DNA of 64,000 nt, taken from the NCBI GenBank assembly GCA_963813335.1, contig CAWEYL010000002.1, positions 32,001 to 96,000 of the forward strand. The letters are read 5' to 3'. This DNA comes from an uncultured Chloroflexia bacterium. Lineage in GTDB: Bacteria > Chloroflexota > Limnocylindria > Limnocylindrales > CSP1-4. A program made the position numbers and the translations under genes. Below are positions 1 to 8,545 of the stretch, one piece after another. Under the pieces are notes generated by a model. It ran no database searches and was not told the origin of the DNA. It was given only the letters and a program-made list of their open reading frames with translations. How positions within the stretch are numbered: position 1 is the first letter of the stretch; the number at the start of each line of letters is the position of its first letter.

Positions 1-1
1 A

Positions 2-283
2 GCACTCCAGAATGTCCGCAAGCACGCCTCGGCGGCGAATGTGACGGTCTCCACCTCGGTGGGCGCCGACGGGTTCGTCCTCGAGGTCCGCGACGACGGT
101 CGCGGGTTCGACAGCGAGGCGGCGGCCGCCCAGGGCCGCCGTCACTTCGGTCTTCAGTTCATGCACGAGCGAGCCGAGCTGATCGGCGCTCGATTGGACG
201 TACGATCGCGACCGGACGGCGGCACCGTCGTCCGGCTCACGATCCCCATCGATGGCGCGACGGGAGCAGAGGAGAGCAGATGA
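2..283 (+). CDS. Sensor histidine kinase, C-terminal HATPase domain (5' truncated by window edge)
   Basis: Open frame from nt 2 with N box ALQNVRKH, G1 box DDGRG and G2 box FGLQFMHER of NarX/DegS-type kinases; stop overlaps next ATG (ATGA). Confidence 0.9.
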   Translation, partial: ALQNVRKHASAANVTVSTSVGADGFVLEVRDDGRGFDSEAAAAQGRRHFGLQFMHERAELIGARLDVRSRPDGGTVVRLTIPIDGATGAEESR

Positions 284-1026
284 GCGGTAACGACTACGGC
301 GGGCCCGAACGGCGACGTGGGGGTCCGGATCGCCGGAACATCGGTGAGCGGACACGGATCCTCATCGTCGACGACCACGCCCTCTTCCGGGTGGGGATCG
401 CCAACATCCTGGGCCGGGAACCGGACCTCGAGATCGTCGGCGAGGCCGACGATTCCCGGAGCGCCGTCGATCGCGCACTGGAGACGTCGCCCGACGTCGT
501 GCTGATGGACCTCTCGCTGCCCGCCCCGGGCGGCATCGAGACCACCCAGCGGATCAAGCGCGAGCTCCCCTCGACGGCCATCATCGTGCTCGCCGTCAGC
601 GAGGACGAGGACGCGCTCTTCGACGCCATCAAGGCCGGGGCCGCCGCGTTCATCCTCAAGGACGTCGGACCGGACGACCTGGTCACCATCATCCGGCGCG
701 TCGTGGCCGGCGAGTACCTCATCAACGACAAGGTCTTCGCGAAGCCGGCCGTGGCGTCGCGCGTGCTCAAGGAGTTCCGCGAGCTGGCCGTCTACGGCCA
801 GGACGCGGCGCCGATCTTCGCGCCCCTCTCCCCGCGGGAGGTGGAGATCCTCGACAACATCGCCCAGGGCATGACCAACAAGCAGGTCGCCTACGCCCTG
901 TCGATCAGCGAGCAGACCGTGAAGAACCACATGAGCTCGATCCTGCGCAAACTGTCCGTGAACGACCGGACCCAGGCCGTGGTCTACGCCATGCGCCAGG
1001 GCTGGATCCGGATGCCGGAGGACTGA
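280..1026 (+). CDS. NarL/LuxR-family response regulator (DegU-like) with N-terminal Arg-rich extension
   Basis: REC motifs IVDD, VLMD, LKD; LuxR HTH LSPREVEIL...ISEQTVKNHMSSILRKL. Confidence 0.95.
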   Translation: MSGNDYGGPERRRGGPDRRNIGERTRILIVDDHALFRVGIANILGREPDLEIVGEADDSRSAVDRALETSPDVVLMDLSLPAPGGIETTQRIKRELPSTAIIVLAVSEDEDALFDAIKAGAAAFILKDVGPDDLVTIIRRVVAGEYLINDKVFAKPAVASRVLKEFRELAVYGQDAAPIFAPLSPREVEILDNIAQGMTNKQVAYALSISEQTVKNHMSSILRKLSVNDRTQAVVYAMRQGWIRMPED

Positions 1027-1064
1027 TCCATCGCGACCCCAGCGACGCCCGCGCGCCAGCATCG

Positions 1065-2252
1065 ATGACCGACGCACCCGCCACCACGCCGTCCACCGCC
1101 CCGGCGAGCCTCGCGGAGCTGACCGCCCGGCTCGCGGAGGAGGTGGCGCGCCTTGAGCGCGAGCTCGAGGAGGTGGACCTGCTGGTGACCCAGGCGAAGG
1201 CGGAGGCCGCCCGGCATGAGTCCCGGCGCAGCGCCGCGTCGGACAAGCTCACCGCGCTGACCAAGGACGCCCAGACCGACGAGGTGACCGAGCTGAGCGT
1301 CCAGCTCGTCACGCTGACCAAACGGGCGGCGCTGATGGAGTCGCAGGTCGAGGTCCTCGAGGGCAAGCGCGGAGCGATGGCGCGCCACCGCGACACCATG
1401 GCGGCCTACGCCGAGATGGCCGCCGGGGTCGACCCGGCCGGTCAGACGTCACCCGCGGTGCCGCGGGGCACCGCATCCGGGCCCTCGCCGGAGGGCGAAG
1501 CGGTGCCGAAGATGCTGCTGTCGGCCCAGGAGGACCTGCGTCGGGAGCTGGCCAGGGCGATGCACGACGGCCCCGCCCAGAGCCTCACCAACATCGTCCT
1601 GCAGGCCCAGATCGCCGAGCGGCTGGTGGGCAAGGATCCGGCCCTGGCCCAGGTCGAGATCCGGCAGCTGGTCAACATGGTGCAGCAGACGCTGGAGGCC
1701 ACCAAGACCTTCATCTTCGACGTCCGGCCGATGGTGCTCGACGATCTCGGGCTCGTGCCGACCCTCCGCCGCGCGACCCGCGAGCGGGGCAAGCGGGCCG
1801 GCCTGACGGTCGACTTCGAGACCCTCGGGCAGGACCGGCGCCTGCCGATGGAGATGGAGAGCGGGCTGTTCCGCATCCTCGACGAAGCCCTGGTCGCCTA
1901 TCTCGAGCGGGCGCCCGACCAGGTGTCCATGCAGCTCGACTGGAGTGAGGTCCTGGTGGCCAGGGTGCACGCCACACGCACGCCGAAGGCCGGACCGGCG
2001 GTCGAAGCCGAGGCCGCGGTGCCGAGCAGCGCCGACCTGCCGCCGGCCCTGGCGGCGATGGTCGAGGACCGCCGAGCGGCCGCCCGCGACGCCGTCGAGA
2101 CCGCCCGGCGCGAATCGATCGTCAGCCTCCCGCCGACGGCGTGGCGCGAGATCCAGAGTCGAGCGGCGACGATCGGCGTCACGGCCGAGCTGCTGTCCGA
2201 GGGGTCGGAGCTGCAGATCGTCGCGCAGCTGCCGGCGGCCGCGGACGGTTGA
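1065..2252 (+). CDS. DegS-like HisKA_3 protein with degenerate ATPase domain
   Basis: N-terminal coiled coil; H-box MHDGPAQSLTN; DVRPMVLDDLGL; no recognisable N/G1/G2 boxes. Confidence 0.85.
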   Translation: MTDAPATTPSTAPASLAELTARLAEEVARLERELEEVDLLVTQAKAEAARHESRRSAASDKLTALTKDAQTDEVTELSVQLVTLTKRAALMESQVEVLEGKRGAMARHRDTMAAYAEMAAGVDPAGQTSPAVPRGTASGPSPEGEAVPKMLLSAQEDLRRELARAMHDGPAQSLTNIVLQAQIAERLVGKDPALAQVEIRQLVNMVQQTLEATKTFIFDVRPMVLDDLGLVPTLRRATRERGKRAGLTVDFETLGQDRRLPMEMESGLFRILDEALVAYLERAPDQVSMQLDWSEVLVARVHATRTPKAGPAVEAEAAVPSSADLPPALAAMVEDRRAAARDAVETARRESIVSLPPTAWREIQSRAATIGVTAELLSEGSELQIVAQLPAAADG

Positions 2253-2253
2253 C

Positions 2254-2415
2254 GTGCGCGACCGCGCACGAGCCGGCCAGGGACTCGTCGAATACGGGCT
2301 GATCCTCGCCCTGACGACCGCCTTCACGGTCATCATCCTGGGCCTGTTCGGCGGGACCGTCGCCGATGTGCTGGCGGCGATCGGCGCCGCCATCGACGCG
2401 GCGGGCGGCAGCTGA
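2254..2415 (+). CDS. Flp family pilin 1 (divergent, 53 aa)
   Basis: GTG just after the upstream stop; GQGLVEY Flp motif followed by hydrophobic helix. Confidence 0.8.
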   Translation: MRDRARAGQGLVEYGLILALTTAFTVIILGLFGGTVADVLAAIGAAIDAAGGS

Positions 2416-2429
2416 CCCCTCGTCGGGGT

Positions 2430-2460
2430 ATGACTGGAGTCATGGCCACGCCCGTACCAT
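2430..2460 (+). promoter_or_regulatory. Palindrome ATGACT-GG-AGTCAT and -10-like TACCAT upstream of pilin 2
   Basis: Perfect 6-2-6 inverted repeat at 2430-2443; TACCAT at 2455-2460. Confidence 0.45.
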
Positions 2461-2545
2461 CGTGCTAATGCGTTCCTGGGGCGCCATCCATATATTGGCG
2501 CAGCCCTCGACTGCGGGGGTGAGTACTCATCCAGGAGGCAGCCAC

Positions 2546-2716
2546 ATGGCGCTCTTCACTTCGTTCCTCGCCTCGCTTCGTCGGGACGAGGAGGGCCAGG
2601 GTCTCGCGGAGTACGCGCTGATCCTCGCGCTCATCGCGATCGTCGCGATCGTCGCCCTCATCTTCCTGGGCGGCCAGGTCAGCACCATCCTGAGCACGGT
2701 CGGCGACTCGATCTAG
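2546..2716 (+). CDS. flp: Flp family pilin 2 (56 aa)
   Basis: AGGAGG RBS; RRDEEG|QGLAEY motif. Confidence 0.95.
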   Translation: MALFTSFLASLRRDEEGQGLAEYALILALIAIVAIVALIFLGGQVSTILSTVGDSI

Positions 2717-2739
2717 TCGCCGTTCCGAACGGACAGATC

Positions 2740-2775
2740 AAGGGCCGCTGGACCTCTCGAGGCCCGGCGGCCCTT
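2740..2775 (+). terminator. GC hairpin after pilin 2
   Basis: AAGGGCCGCTGG...CCGGCGGCCCTT inverted repeat. Confidence 0.65.
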
Positions 2776-2813
2776 CGCTCGTTCGGGCCCGCGGCGACCG
2801 GATCCCGGCACGC

Positions 2814-2842
2814 TTGACAGCGTTCGGACCGGCCCGTACCGT
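2814..2842 (+). promoter_or_regulatory. Sigma70-type promoter for pilin 3
   Basis: TTGACA-17 nt-TACCGT. Confidence 0.6.
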
Positions 2843-2899
2843 GGCCCGTCCCGTGGCCGAAGTCCACGGAGATTTGTCGGAAAGGAGGTACCAAAACTC

Positions 2900-3067
2900 A
2901 TGTCCCAGCTGATTGCTCTCATCTCGTCCTTCCGACGCGACGAAGGCCAGGGTCTCGCGGAGTACGCGCTGATCCTCGCCCTCATCGCGATCGTCGCCAT
3001 CGTCGCCCTGATCTTCCTCGGCGGCCAGGTCAGCACCATCCTGAGCACGGTCGGCGACTCGATCTAG
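2900..3067 (+). CDS. flp: Flp family pilin 3 (55 aa; absent from the ORF track)
   Basis: AAAGGAGG RBS; MSQLIALISSFRRDEG|QGLAEY...; mature part identical to pilin 2. Confidence 0.95.
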   Translation: MSQLIALISSFRRDEGQGLAEYALILALIAIVAIVALIFLGGQVSTILSTVGDSI

Positions 3068-3099
3068 TCGACGTCCCGCGTTCGGAACCTAGCGTTTCG

Positions 3100-3136
3100 A
3101 CAGGCCGCCGGTGCCCTCCAAGGCCCGGCGGCCTGT
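3100..3136 (+). terminator. GC hairpin after pilin 3
   Basis: ACAGGCCGCCGG...CCGGCGGCCTGT inverted repeat. Confidence 0.65.
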
Positions 3137-3188
3137 GCACTTCCGGCAAGGATGGTGCCCACACGCACGCACCATCACCAACGGGCTA

Positions 3189-3216
3189 TTGACACTCCGA
3201 GGGCCCGACCTAGCGT
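3189..3216 (+). promoter_or_regulatory. Sigma70-type promoter for pilin 4
   Basis: TTGACA-16 nt-TAGCGT. Confidence 0.5.
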
Positions 3217-3282
3217 TGGGCTCACCGGTCAGACACCGGCGCCTGTACATGTACGAGCCTCGAGGAAAGGAGGTGAACCACG

Positions 3283-3477
3283 ATGACCGCGCTCACGCGC
3301 CTGGTCGCTCGCGTCCGACATGCATTCGATCACGCCGACGGCCAGGGACTCGCTGAATACGCTCTTATCCTTGCTCTTATCGCCATCGTCGCCATCGCGG
3401 CATTGCTCTTCATGGGCAGCCAGGTCAGCGACAAGCTCAGCGTCATCGGGAGCACGCTGGATTCGGTCACGCCGTAG
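3283..3477 (+). CDS. flp: Flp family pilin 4 (64 aa)
   Basis: AAAGGAGGTG RBS; DG|QGLAEY motif. Confidence 0.95.
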   Translation: MTALTRLVARVRHAFDHADGQGLAEYALILALIAIVAIAALLFMGSQVSDKLSVIGSTLDSVTP

Positions 3478-3502
3478 TCCGGCTCCTCCACCAAGCTGAT
3501 CC

Positions 3503-3537
3503 GAGCCCGCCGGACCCCCGGGTCCGACGGGCTCTTT
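3503..3537 (+). terminator. Intrinsic terminator after pilin 4
   Basis: GAGCCCG...CGGGCTC hairpin followed by TTT. Confidence 0.7.
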
Positions 3538-3660
3538 CGCTGCCCGGCGGGACGCCGACCGTCCGGCCGTCGGCCCGCCGACACATCCGGAGCGAACCTT
3601 GCAGGCAACCTTGCGTCGTGCGTGGAATCCTGCCGTTTCCTCCTAATGGTCCTAGCCCTT

Positions 3661-3669
3661 TGGTATAGT
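3661..3669 (+). promoter_or_regulatory. Extended -10 promoter of the tad operon
   Basis: TG-G-TATAGT; AACCTTGC direct repeat upstream at 3595-3602 and 3607-3614. Confidence 0.5.
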
Positions 3670-3734
3670 CGCGCCGCCTTCAGCCACTGCTACAGTGTTG
3701 CCACCTGTCACACCGCCTTCGGGGAGAATCGACT

Positions 3735-4625
3735 TTGAAGCGCTCTAATCGGCTGGTCCTGCTCGTGGGGGTCTTCCTCGCGATCGTGGCGTTCGTCGGC
3801 ATCCTGTTGCTCGTCCGTAACAACGGCGACACGACGGTCAAGCCACCGACGGAGGGCTCCGTCGTCGTCGCGATCGCGGACATCCCCCTGTCCGGGAAGA
3901 TCAAGGCCACGGACGTCGAGAACCGCACCATGGAACTGACCAAGATCCTGCCCGGGGCGTTCACGGACGTCTCGCAGGTCATCGGCCAGACCGCGCGACA
4001 GCCCGTCGCCATCGGCGCCCAGGTCACCGCGGATACCCTCAGCGGTGGGGCCCAGGGCTCGGTGCTCAACGTGGTGACGCCGCCCGGGATGCGCTCCATC
4101 TCGGTCCAGGTCGACCAGGTCACCGGCGTCGGCACGGTCATCAAGACCGGCGACTACGTCGACATGGTCGTGGGCCTGAGCGGCGACAAGTTCCCGGTCA
4201 TCAAGGTCAATCCGGCCGATAACTCCCTCACCGTCGTCAGCGGCATCAACAGCACCAGCGTCAAGGTCCTGATCCAGGGGATGCAGGTCCTGGGCACGCT
4301 GCTGCCGACACCGGATACGACCGCCCCGGCCGACAACAGCGGCGGCAACAGCGGCAACCCGTCCGAGCCCGGCACGACCCTCAATGGCCAGCAGGAGATC
4401 GTCATCCTCGCGGTGACCGTCCAGCAGGCCGAGCTCATCAAGTTCGCCCAGGTGGATGGCTCCATCTCCCTGGCCCTCCGCTCCCCCGACGACTTCATCG
4501 ACCCGACGACCGGCGAGCCGATCACACCGATCCCCACCGAGACCTCGGGCGTCATCCTCAAGACCCTCGTCGACACGTACAACGTGCTGCCGCCGGAGGT
4601 CGTGGAGACCGTCACGCCGAAGTGA
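3735..4625 (+). CDS. cpaB: Flp pilus assembly protein CpaB/RcpC
   Basis: N-terminal TM; SAF-like VVVAIADIP; RcpC motif PGMRSISVQV...GDYVD; TTG start with GGAG RBS. Confidence 0.92.
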   Translation: MKRSNRLVLLVGVFLAIVAFVGILLLVRNNGDTTVKPPTEGSVVVAIADIPLSGKIKATDVENRTMELTKILPGAFTDVSQVIGQTARQPVAIGAQVTADTLSGGAQGSVLNVVTPPGMRSISVQVDQVTGVGTVIKTGDYVDMVVGLSGDKFPVIKVNPADNSLTVVSGINSTSVKVLIQGMQVLGTLLPTPDTTAPADNSGGNSGNPSEPGTTLNGQQEIVILAVTVQQAELIKFAQVDGSISLALRSPDDFIDPTTGEPITPIPTETSGVILKTLVDTYNVLPPEVVETVTPK

Positions 4626-4771
4626 CCCCGTAGCTCGACCGCGGCCACCACGGCCGCGGTCGGACAGGCCCTGGCGCGACGGGCGCGACGACCCAACGGT
4701 CCCGCGCTCGTCGTAGTCCCGGCCTCGAACCAGACCCACCCATCCAGGCTGACCCTTCAGACCAGAGCGAG

Positions 4772-6040
4772 ATGGCCGATCAGATCCGCGTCCTCGTCGT
4801 CGACGATATCCCGGAGACCCGCGATCACCTGACGAAGCTCCTGAGCTTCGAGAGTGACATCGACGTGGTCGGAGCCGCCGCGTCCGGTCGAGAAGCCCTC
4901 GACATGGCGCTCAAGCTCCACCCGGACGTCGTCCTGATGGACATCAACATGCCGGACATGGACGGCATCGCCGCCACGGAGCAGCTCACGGCCACGGTGC
5001 CGTCGGCGGCGGTGGTGATGATGTCCGTCCAGGGTGAGGCCGATTACCTCCGCCGCTCGATGCTGGCGGGGGCTCGCGAGTTCCTCGTCAAGCCCTTCAG
5101 CAGCGACGAGCTGACCGCCTCGATCCGCCAGGTCCACGCCCGCGAGCGCGACAAGGCCAGCCGCATCGCCGCGACCACGCCGCTGGTCCGCCCGGCGGCC
5201 GGGGGCGGCACGGGCGGCGGCGACGCCGACGGCGAGCCGGGCCAGGTCGTCGCCGTCTTCAGCCCCAAGGGCGGGGTCGGCCGCACCACCGTCGCGGTCA
5301 ACCTCGCGGTCGCGGCCGCCACCGAGCTGGGCAAGAAGGTCGTCATCGTCGACGGTTCGTTCCAGTTCGGCGACGTCGGCGTCCTGCTCAACCTGAACCC
5401 GCGCAGCAAGTCGATCGCCGACCTCGTCCCCGAGCTGGAGGCGGGCGACCTGGACTCGCTCGACACGTTCGTCATCACGCACTCATCCGGCGTGCGAGCC
5501 CTGCTCGCCCCGCCCAGCCCCGAGATGGCCGAGCTGGTCACCCCGGCCGGGATCAAGCGCATCATCGAGGCGCTGCGCATCGACTACGACCTCGTCGTCG
5601 TGGACTGCACGGCGTTCTTCAACGACACCACCCTGGCCATCCTCGACGTGGCCGACGTCATCCTGACCATGCTCAGCCTCGAGATCACGAGCATCAAGAA
5701 CATGCGGCTCTTCCTGGAGGTCGCGGAACAGCTCGGATACGAGGCGGGCAAGGTCCGGCTCGTCCTCAACCGCGCCGACTCGGCACTCGGCATCCGCGTG
5801 ACGGATGTGGAGAATTCGATCGGCCGGAAGGTCGATGAGACGATCGTGAGCGACGGTCGGAGCGTGGTCTACGCGCTCAACCGTGGCGTCCCGTTCTTCC
5901 TGTCCAACAAGGAGGCGCAAGTCTCCCAGGACATCCTCCGGCTCGCTCGTACGGTCACGTCCGGTGACCGCCCGAGCGCGCCAGCCGGCGACGACAGCCG
6001 GAAGTCAACCCAGAAGAAATCCTTGTTCGCCTGGCGATGA
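4772..6040 (+). CDS. cpaE: CpaE/TadZ (REC domain plus MinD/ParA-like ATPase)
   Basis: Canonical REC domain then deviant Walker A SPKGGVGRTT; tad context. Confidence 0.92.
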   Translation: MADQIRVLVVDDIPETRDHLTKLLSFESDIDVVGAAASGREALDMALKLHPDVVLMDINMPDMDGIAATEQLTATVPSAAVVMMSVQGEADYLRRSMLAGAREFLVKPFSSDELTASIRQVHARERDKASRIAATTPLVRPAAGGGTGGGDADGEPGQVVAVFSPKGGVGRTTVAVNLAVAAATELGKKVVIVDGSFQFGDVGVLLNLNPRSKSIADLVPELEAGDLDSLDTFVITHSSGVRALLAPPSPEMAELVTPAGIKRIIEALRIDYDLVVVDCTAFFNDTTLAILDVADVILTMLSLEITSIKNMRLFLEVAEQLGYEAGKVRLVLNRADSALGIRVTDVENSIGRKVDETIVSDGRSVVYALNRGVPFFLSNKEAQVSQDILRLARTVTSGDRPSAPAGDDSRKSTQKKSLFAWR

Positions 6041-6084
6041 CCATGGCCGTAGTGAGCCCCTCGGGGCGAGAAGGGGTGTAGGCG

Positions 6085-7497
6085 ATGTCCCTCCTGAAGC
6101 GGATCGAAAGCGCACGACCGGGCTCGCCCGGCGGCCCGGAGGGCGCTCCGGGCGCACCGGGGTCCAACCTGCCGGTCGCACCGGGCGGCGCGCCGCCCAG
6201 CGCGCCGTCGCCGCGGCTGACCAGCCAGGCACCGGTCCGGGAGTCGTTCCGGGACGTCAAGTTCCGGATCCAGAACCGGGTCATCCAGGACCTGGACCCG
6301 AAGCTCGACCTGTCCAACCAGGTCGAGGTCCGGCGCCAGATCGAGGAGATCTTCGGCAAGGTCATCGACGAGGAAGGCCTCGCGCTGACCCGTGCCGAGC
6401 GCGTCCGGATGCTGGAGCAGATCACCGACGAGATCATCGGCCTTGGGCCGCTGGAGCCGCTCCTGCGCGACGACAGCATCACCGAGGTCATGGTCAACGG
6501 GCCGCGCCAGGTCTACATCGAGCGCTCCGGCAAGCTGGAGCTGACCAACGTCGTCTTCCAGAACGACGACCACGTCATGCGCATCATCGACCGGATCATC
6601 GCCCCGATCGGCCGACGCGTCGACGAGTCGTCGCCGATGGTCGATGCCCGCCTCACCGACGGCTCGCGCGTCAATGCCATCATCCCGCCGCTGTCCCTGG
6701 TCGGCCCCGTCATCACGATCCGGAAGTTCTCGGCCTCGCCCTTCACGGTCGACGACCTCATCCGGTTCGGCACGGCGACGGCCGACATGTTCGACTTCCT
6801 CCGCGCCTGCGTGGAGGCCCGCCTCAACATCTTCGTGTCCGGCGGCACGGGCTCGGGCAAGACCACGACCCTCAACGTGCTCTCCTCGTTCATCCCGAAC
6901 GACGAGCGCATCGTGACGATCGAGGACGCGGCCGAGCTGCAGCTCCGCCAGGAGCACGTCGTCACCCTCGAGTCCCGGCCCCCGAACATCGAGGGCAAGG
7001 GCGCGATCCCGATCCGCGAGCTCGTGCGCAACGCCCTGCGCATGCGGCCCGACCGGATCATCGTCGGAGAGTGTCGTTCCGGTGAGGCCCTGGACATGCT
7101 CCAGGCCATGAACACCGGCCACGACGGCTCGATGTCGACCGGCCACGCCAACAGCCCGCGCGACATGCTGTCGCGCCTCGAGACGATGGTCCTGATGGCC
7201 GGCGTCGACCTGCCCCTGCGGGCCATCCGCGAGCAGGTCGCCTCGGCGGTCGACCTCATCGTCCAGCAGAGTCGCCTCAAGGACGGGACCCGGAAGATCG
7301 TCAATATCACCGAGGTCCAGGGCATGGAAGGCGACGTCATCGTCATGCAGGACGTCTTCGTCTTCGAGCAGACCGGTGTCGTCGAGGGCAAGATCCAGGG
7401 TCGCCTCAAGCCGACCGGGATCCGGCCGAAGTTCGTCGAGAAGTTCGAGGTCATGGGCATCAACCTGCCGCCTGGCCTGTTCGGCTTCTCGTACTAG
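6085..7497 (+). CDS. cpaF: Tad secretion ATPase CpaF/TadA
   Basis: GGTGSGKTT, TIEDAAEL, LRMRPDRIIVGE, AMNTGH. Confidence 0.97.
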   Translation: MSLLKRIESARPGSPGGPEGAPGAPGSNLPVAPGGAPPSAPSPRLTSQAPVRESFRDVKFRIQNRVIQDLDPKLDLSNQVEVRRQIEEIFGKVIDEEGLALTRAERVRMLEQITDEIIGLGPLEPLLRDDSITEVMVNGPRQVYIERSGKLELTNVVFQNDDHVMRIIDRIIAPIGRRVDESSPMVDARLTDGSRVNAIIPPLSLVGPVITIRKFSASPFTVDDLIRFGTATADMFDFLRACVEARLNIFVSGGTGSGKTTTLNVLSSFIPNDERIVTIEDAAELQLRQEHVVTLESRPPNIEGKGAIPIRELVRNALRMRPDRIIVGECRSGEALDMLQAMNTGHDGSMSTGHANSPRDMLSRLETMVLMAGVDLPLRAIREQVASAVDLIVQQSRLKDGTRKIVNITEVQGMEGDVIVMQDVFVFEQTGVVEGKIQGRLKPTGIRPKFVEKFEVMGINLPPGLFGFSY

Positions 7498-7518
7498 GCG
7501 ACGGAAGGAGACCTGACC

Positions 7519-8541
7519 GTGGAGCCCATCGCGCTCGCGATCGCCGGCGTCGCCGCACTGGCGATCCTGCTCATCGCAGTCGGCATCGCGACGTCCGGTG
7601 GATCGGGGATCTCGGACCGCCTCGAGCGGTATGCCTCCTCGCGCCCTGCCGAGAAGAAGAAGAAGGCTGCGGCTTCGACCGGCCAGGGGCCGGTCACGGA
7701 CTTCATCGCCCAGAGCCAGGCGCTCGAGAACCTCAACCGGGTCGTCGAGCAGCGTGACTTCGGCGCCAACCTCGCCCGCGAGATCGCCCGGGCCGACCTC
7801 AAGCTCAAGGTGTCGGAGTACCTGCTCATCTGGGCCGGCTGCATCGTCGGCGTGCCCGTCGGGATGTTCCTGGCGTCCTTCCTCTTCCCGGCCCTCGGCA
7901 ACCCGATCTTCCTGCTCCTGGGCGCCCTCATCGGCTTCTTCATCCCGCGCTTCTGGCTGAACCGCCGCAAGGGCGGACGGCTGGGTGCCTTCAACAAGCA
8001 GCTGCCGGACACCATCACCCTGATCGCCAACGCCCTGCGGGCCGGCTCGTCCTTCCTGCAGGCCATCGAGCTGGTCGTCCGCGAGTCGCGGCCGCCGGTC
8101 TCGACCGAGTTCGGCCGGGTCATCCGGGAGGTCAACCTCGGCCTGCCGTTCGACCAGGCGCTCGAGAACATGGTCCGCCGGGTCCGCTCGGACGACCTCG
8201 AGCTGATGGCTACGGCCATCTCCATCCAGCACCAGGTCGGCGGCAACCTCGCCGAGATCCTCGACTCGATCGCGTTCACGATCCGCGAGCGAGTCCGGAT
8301 CAAGGGTGAGATCCGCACCCTGACCGCGCAGCAGCGCCTGTCGGGCTACGTCGTCGGCTTCCTGCCGATCGCGCTGGCCGGGTTCCTGTTCGTGGCCGCT
8401 CCCGGCTTCATGGAGCCGATGTTCGCATCACCACCCGAGGTCCTCGGCCTGCCGGCCGGCGTGATCATCCTCATCGTGGGCGGGTTCATGATGTTCGTCG
8501 GGTTCATGCTCATCCGCAAGATCGTCGACATCGAGGTCTAG
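7519..8541 (+). CDS. tadB: TadB (T2SS-F family platform protein)
   Basis: QLPDTITLIANALRAG and GGNLAEILD motifs. Confidence 0.93.
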   Translation: MEPIALAIAGVAALAILLIAVGIATSGGSGISDRLERYASSRPAEKKKKAAASTGQGPVTDFIAQSQALENLNRVVEQRDFGANLAREIARADLKLKVSEYLLIWAGCIVGVPVGMFLASFLFPALGNPIFLLLGALIGFFIPRFWLNRRKGGRLGAFNKQLPDTITLIANALRAGSSFLQAIELVVRESRPPVSTEFGRVIREVNLGLPFDQALENMVRRVRSDDLELMATAISIQHQVGGNLAEILDSIAFTIRERVRIKGEIRTLTAQQRLSGYVVGFLPIALAGFLFVAAPGFMEPMFASPPEVLGLPAGVIILIVGGFMMFVGFMLIRKIVDIEV

Positions 8542-8545
8542 CCCG

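Noticed and set aside
2416-2545. c-di-GMP riboswitch upstream of pilin 2
   Set aside because: Small hairpins exist but class I and class II consensus elements were not found
2546-3477. Pilin repeats as a CRISPR array or DGR template/variable pair
   Set aside because: Repeats are full coding genes with synonymous G/C differences; no spacers, cas genes or reverse transcriptase
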